From the NCBI GenBank assembly GCA_964542915.1, contig CAZIVP010000019.1, positions 1,666-65,665 of the forward strand: 64,000 nt of DNA. Direction: 5' to 3'. Position numbers and translations under genes: made by a program. Positions 60,068 to 64,000 of this stretch are shown here, piece after piece. Position 1 is the first letter of the stretch. Each line of letters opens with the position of its first letter. The stretch comes from an uncultured Calditrichaceae bacterium (GTDB lineage Bacteria > Calditrichota > Calditrichia > Calditrichales > Calditrichaceae). The notes below the pieces were generated by a model. It was not told the origin of the DNA. It searched no databases and saw only the letters and a program-made list of their open reading frames with translations.

Positions 60068-61507
60068 TTATTGTTTGCGGTGTTTCGAACCGTACTCGTA
60101 ACCCCTTTCAATCGCCTTCTGATTGATTTCGACCAGTTTCTTTCGCTTGATGGCTGTTTTAAGCGTCTCCATCAGGGTTTCTTTTTTGAAGAGGCCGGTA
60201 TAGCCGGCATACGCCGCCATGGCGACCATGTTAGCCGTACGGGTGTTGCCCAGCTTATCCGCAATTTCCGTGGCGGGAACAGCCAATATCTCCACGTCCG
60301 TGCGACTCACATCGATATCGATCAATGATTCGTCGTAAAGAATGATACCGTCTTCGACCACATCGTTTTCGAATTTTTCCAGCGAGGGACGGTTTAGTGC
60401 AATGAGTACAGTGGGATTCGAAACCACCGGCGAACCGACCGGAATATTGCGAATATTAACATGACAATTAGCGGTTCCGCCGCGCATTTCAGGCCCGTAG
60501 GACGGCAACCATGAGACATGGTAGTTTTCCAGCAAGCCGGCCTGGGCCAATGCCGCACCTAATAGCAATACACCCTGCCCCCCGAAACCGGCCACTTTGA
60601 TTTCCGGGTTTTGATAACGTTCGGGATAACCGGCTTTCTCGAATTCTTTTTCGGTGTCCGGTATAATCTCCAATTGCTCTTTGATTTCCTCGGTTGAAAG
60701 CTGCTTGGGTTTAAACGCATAGGGCTCCACCTCTTTGGTGGTATCCTTATAAACGCCCAAAGGAAATTGGTTCATCATGACTTCTTTAATCCAAGTCAAA
60801 GAATCCACCGGGTCCATCTTCCACCCGGAGGGACATGGTGAAAGAATTTCCACGAGGGTAAATCCCAGATTTTCAGCCTGGCTTTTAAGGGCCTTCCGAA
60901 CGGCCATGCGGGCGCGTGCACGATGTTTGTTGTCGAACAGCGCCACCCGTTCCACATATACCGGCGCCTCGAGTTGGCTTATCAATTCCGCCACTTTAAC
61001 GGGATAGCCTTCATTGCGCGGATTTCTGCCGAGGGGCGTCGTGGTCGTTTTTTGCGATTCCAGAGTTGTAGGCGCCATCTGTCCGCCGGTCATACCGTAA
61101 ATGGCGTTATTGATGAAAAATACGGTAATGTTTTCGCCGCGGTTGGCCGCGTGTAAAATCTCTGCCGTGCCGATCGCCGCCAAATCGCCGTCTCCCTGGT
61201 AACTGATCACAATACTTTCGGGATGGGCCCGTTTGATGCCCGTCGAAACGGCAGGCGCGCGGCCGTGAGCCGCCTGAATATTGCCGGTATCAAAGTAATA
61301 GTAACCGAACACACTGCAACCAACCGGACTGATGAAGACCGTGCGGTCCGCCAGTCCAAAATCGTCAAGCGCTTCCGCTATGAATTTATGTACATTCCCA
61401 TGACCACAGCCGGGGCAGTAATGGGGCATCTTTTTATCCGGGCTGGGGTTGCGTTCGTATCGGTCGTAAAAACTTTGTGGTTTTTTTAATACTTTTGTAG
61501 CCATCAC
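60068..61507 (-). CDS. 2-oxoacid:ferredoxin oxidoreductase, fused beta (TPP-binding) + gamma subunit
   Basis: TPP-binding CPGCGHG...GDGD region (~280 aa) followed by gamma-type Rossmann-like domain (AGFGGQGVLLLG...). Confidence 0.8.
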   Translation of the reverse strand: MMATKVLKKPQSFYDRYERNPSPDKKMPHYCPGCGHGNVHKFIAEALDDFGLADRTVFISPVGCSVFGYYYFDTGNIQAAHGRAPAVSTGIKRAHPESIVISYQGDGDLAAIGTAEILHAANRGENITVFFINNAIYGMTGGQMAPTTLESQKTTTTPLGRNPRNEGYPVKVAELISQLEAPVYVERVALFDNKHRARARMAVRKALKSQAENLGFTLVEILSPCPSGWKMDPVDSLTWIKEVMMNQFPLGVYKDTTKEVEPYAFKPKQLSTEEIKEQLEIIPDTEKEFEKAGYPERYQNPEIKVAGFGGQGVLLLGAALAQAGLLENYHVSWLPSYGPEMRGGTANCHVNIRNIPVGSPVVSNPTVLIALNRPSLEKFENDVVEDGIILYDESLIDIDVSRTDVEILAVPATEIADKLGNTRTANMVAMAAYAGYTGLFKKETLMETLKTAIKRKKLVEINQKAIERGYEYGSKHRKQ

Positions 61508-61521
61508 AAACCTCTATAATA

Positions 61522-62577
61522 TTATTGTTTTTTGTTCACCATTGCTCTGCAACGCTCCATCAGTTCAGCGGCCGAAGGGACAACGCCGCCCATACGCCCG
61601 TAAAATTCAACCGGACGTTTGCCTTCAACGGCCATACGCAAATCATCGACCATCTGACCGTTGCTCATCTCAACCGCGAGAAATTTTTGGACATGGGAAG
61701 TTAATTGTTGGATGCGCTTCTTTGGATATGGAAAAAGGGTGATGGGGCGTAACAATCCAAATTTGAGGTTTTCCTGCCGCAACTTTTCGACGACTGTTTT
61801 CAGTACTCGCGATACAATGCCATACCCCATGAGTACATATTCGGCGTCATCGAGCATAAACTCCTCGACACGAACTTCGTTTACTTCGATCTTGCGGTAT
61901 TTTTCCTGTAATCGCTTGTTATGTTCTTCCAGTTCTTCCGGATCGAGATAAATACTGGAGATCAAATTATGCTTGCTCTCCTTATCGGCATACAGAGCCC
62001 AATCGTGCTTAGGCAGATCGGTTTTAGGCTCCCCGAATTCCACAGCTTCCATCATCTGGCCTGTATAACCATCGGCCACTATATAAACCGGTGTCCGGTA
62101 TTTTTCGGCAATATCGAAGGCCATTTGCGTCAAATCCGACATTTCCTGGACACTGTTGGGCGCCAGTACGGGGCATTTATAATTCCCGTGTCCGCCGCCT
62201 TTAACCACCTGATTGTAATCGCCCTGCTCCGGAGCAATGTTACCAAGCCCCGGCCCCCCGCGCATGATATCTACGATCACACAGGGCAATTCAGCCCCTG
62301 CGGCATAAGAAACGCCTTCCTGTTTCAGGCTGATACCGGGTCCCGACGACGCAGTCATAACACGTGCGCCTCCACTCGCTGCTCCGTAAACCATATTGAT
62401 CGAGGCCACCTCACTTTCAGCCTGTAAAAACGTACCCCCCACGCGCGGCATATATTTAGCTGCAGATTCGGCTATTTCACTGGCAGGTGTTATGGGATAG
62501 CCAAAAAAAATACGACAACCGGCCAGAGCAGCGCCCCGTACAACGGCGTCGTTTCCTTTCATTAAAAGTTTGGACAT
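61522..62577 (-). CDS. 2-oxoacid:ferredoxin oxidoreductase alpha subunit
   Basis: PorA/KorA-type N-terminus [30 protein letters not shown]...[13 protein letters not shown]. Confidence 0.85.
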   Translation of the reverse strand: MSKLLMKGNDAVVRGAALAGCRIFFGYPITPASEIAESAAKYMPRVGGTFLQAESEVASINMVYGAASGGARVMTASSGPGISLKQEGVSYAAGAELPCVIVDIMRGGPGLGNIAPEQGDYNQVVKGGGHGNYKCPVLAPNSVQEMSDLTQMAFDIAEKYRTPVYIVADGYTGQMMEAVEFGEPKTDLPKHDWALYADKESKHNLISSIYLDPEELEEHNKRLQEKYRKIEVNEVRVEEFMLDDAEYVLMGYGIVSRVLKTVVEKLRQENLKFGLLRPITLFPYPKKRIQQLTSHVQKFLAVEMSNGQMVDDLRMAVEGKRPVEFYGRMGGVVPSAAELMERCRAMVNKKQ

Positions 62578-62885
62578 CAGGCCACCTCCTCCCCGTAATA
62601 TTCGTAGCCCTTTTTATAGACTATGACGGCTTCCGGCTCGGGACAGGCATAAAAACAGACGCCGCAACCTGTACATCCTTCGCCCACGTAATAAGCGTAG
62701 TGATAACCCTTCGTGTTGAACTTATCGTGAAATTTAAGCACCTGCGGCGGACAGGCATCGATGCAAATACCACAACCTTTGCACAATTCAGGCTCCACCT
62801 TCACGAAAGGTTTATCCAATATCTTTTTTTCCATAATCACCTCGTGTGTTGTATCCATAAATCGCTTAACATGCATTGACTGCAC
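62577..62885 (-). CDS. 2-oxoacid:ferredoxin oxidoreductase delta subunit (2x[4Fe-4S] ferredoxin)
   Basis: [12 protein letters not shown] and [12 protein letters not shown] motifs; stop overlaps alpha start. Confidence 0.8.
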   Translation of the reverse strand: MQSMHVKRFMDTTHEVIMEKKILDKPFVKVEPELCKGCGICIDACPPQVLKFHDKFNTKGYHYAYYVGEGCTGCGVCFYACPEPEAVIVYKKGYEYYGEEVA

Positions 62886-63176
62886 TTATCCATTCGTTCT
62901 GCATACACATTTATGAAATATGCCAAACAAATTTCAATCATATATAAATATAATCAATAATTATGCCATTTACACATTTCATTTGCAGTGAAGCAATAAT
63001 GTTTACAGAAGGCGAAACAAAGGGTTTAAGGTCAATTTTATAATCGGGGTTGTTTTTGAATCATATTTCTTTTCCAATTTTTGAAAAAGAAATGTAAGCG
63101 GTTTATCATTATTTGGAAAACACTCAAGTTAAATAAAAACTTGCGTTTGTATTAATATACAACTTCCCGTAATATT

Positions 63177-63728
63177 TTAAAGCCGCCCCTTCCAGAGCAC
63201 ATCTTTTACCTCATTACGATGGTTTTGGTAGCGGGCCAGGATAAAAAAGAGATCGCTTAACCGGTTTAAGTAGATCAGAATTTCCCTCCGCGCGGGTTCG
63301 GTTTCATGCCAGGCCACGAGACGGCGTTCCGCTCGGCGGCAAACGGTTCGCGCCAAATGAGCCAAAGCTGCTGTTTCACTCCCGCCGGGCAATATGAAAT
63401 TTTTTATGTCAGGTAATGGTTCGGAAAAATCATCGATATGACGTTCCAGCATTGCTACATCCTCTTCGCTTACCTTTTTTTCAAATCGCTCACGTTTTTC
63501 AGAATCCGGTGTTGCAATTTCCGAAGAAATGGCAAAAATATGATATTGGATGTGATTCAATCGTTCTTTGATAAGCCTGTCGTCTACCTTAACAACCAGT
63601 AATCCGATAATACTGTTTAATTCATCAAGAGTGCCATAAACCTCGACCCGCAAATGATTTTTGCTCACAACTTCGCCGCCGAACAGGGCGGTCCTGCCTT
63701 CGTCGCCAAATCCCGTATAGATTTTCAA
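63177..63728 (-). CDS. ATP:cob(I)alamin adenosyltransferase, PduO-type
   Basis: N-terminus MKIYTGFGDEGRTALFGG (MxIYTRTGDxGxT signature of PduO/MMAB family), ~180-aa helical bundle. Confidence 0.8.
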   Translation of the reverse strand: MKIYTGFGDEGRTALFGGEVVSKNHLRVEVYGTLDELNSIIGLLVVKVDDRLIKERLNHIQYHIFAISSEIATPDSEKRERFEKKVSEEDVAMLERHIDDFSEPLPDIKNFILPGGSETAALAHLARTVCRRAERRLVAWHETEPARREILIYLNRLSDLFFILARYQNHRNEVKDVLWKGRL

Positions 63729-64000
63729 AATACCTCCTGCAGAATCCCGTTTCTCAGAAACTCTGAATTTTAATCGTTTAATGTCAAAGATTGCAATACA
63801 TATAACGTCGATCTGGAACCTAAAACTTAGTTAAAAAAATCCTGGCTTTCAAAACCAAGGTAATGCTGTGATGTTCCAATGAAAATAAACAGAAATATAA
63901 TGATAACATCACTTAAGAAATAGAATCGAGATTATGATGGGGTGGTTGTCTTGGTTCAGCGGGAATTGGACTTTTAGCATTTAAAATAAGTAACACCTAA

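Noticed and set aside
1-64000. Search for CRISPR arrays, tRNA/rRNA genes, IS elements or integrases
   Set aside because: No regularly spaced short direct repeats separated by unique spacers. No tRNA-like cloverleaf candidates in the intergenic regions inspected. No transposase or integrase-like ORFs. The only tandem repeats are intragenic (the Gly-repeat gene) or the short GGAAT octamers.

Overview
This 64-kb window is bacterial chromosomal DNA, about 50% GC and densely coding. Gene content points to an anaerobic member of the FCB group (Bacteroidota/Ignavibacteriota/Calditrichota-like). Evidence for that: a SusC/SusD-like pair, three TonB-dependent receptors with carboxypeptidase-regulatory-like N-termini, and a T9SS-type C-terminal sorting domain on a secreted PQQ sugar dehydrogenase. 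Unlike Bacteroides, clear GGAGG Shine-Dalgarno sites and sigma70-like -35/-10 boxes are visible.

Layout from left to right:
- 1-153: a truncated DNA methyltransferase N-terminus at the window edge.
- 425-13.8 kb: a nutrient-uptake locus. It holds a Y_Y_Y/beta-propeller histidine kinase, a NarL/LuxR response regulator, SusC, SusD, a DUF1579-like protein, a PQQ sugar dehydrogenase and an outer-membrane beta-barrel. No glycoside hydrolases are present.
- 14-20 kb: a 1601-aa multi-PAS hybrid histidine kinase next to a DUF3391/HD-GYP phosphodiesterase.
- 20-30 kb: a TonB-dependent receptor with lipoprotein, a CbpA-like J-protein, an S1 protease, three unknown secreted or membrane proteins and a PspC-domain protein.
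- 30-33 kb: cysE-cysK.
- 33-38 kb: an operon encoding a PhoT-type phosphate-binding protein, an M28 peptidase and a choline/carnitine-acyltransferase-family protein, which is unusual for bacteria.
- 38-44 kb: ATP-PEP carboxykinase, an aspartate-aminotransferase fused to an uncharacterized ~380-aa C-terminal domain, and flotillin.
- 45-54 kb: a third TonB-dependent receptor, an ECF sigma/anti-sigma pair, a secreted protein built of ~16 tandem 16-residue Gly-rich repeats, and DPP-IV.
- 54.5-63.7 kb: an energy-conservation island with rnfBCDGEA preceded by rseC-like, a four-subunit-equivalent 2-oxoacid:ferredoxin oxidoreductase and a PduO-type corrinoid adenosyltransferase.

I found no CRISPR array, tRNA or rRNA, and no obvious transposase.

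The most unexplained sequence is the 700-bp gap at 53.8-54.5 kb. It contains two diverged copies of a ~90-nt element with 8-bp-period GGAAT repeats, each with a paralogous 14-15-codon mini-ORF.

Other unexplained items are the aminotransferase fusion next to pckA, the Gly-repeat protein, the bacterial carnitine-acyltransferase homolog, and a perfect 20-bp palindrome upstream of susC.
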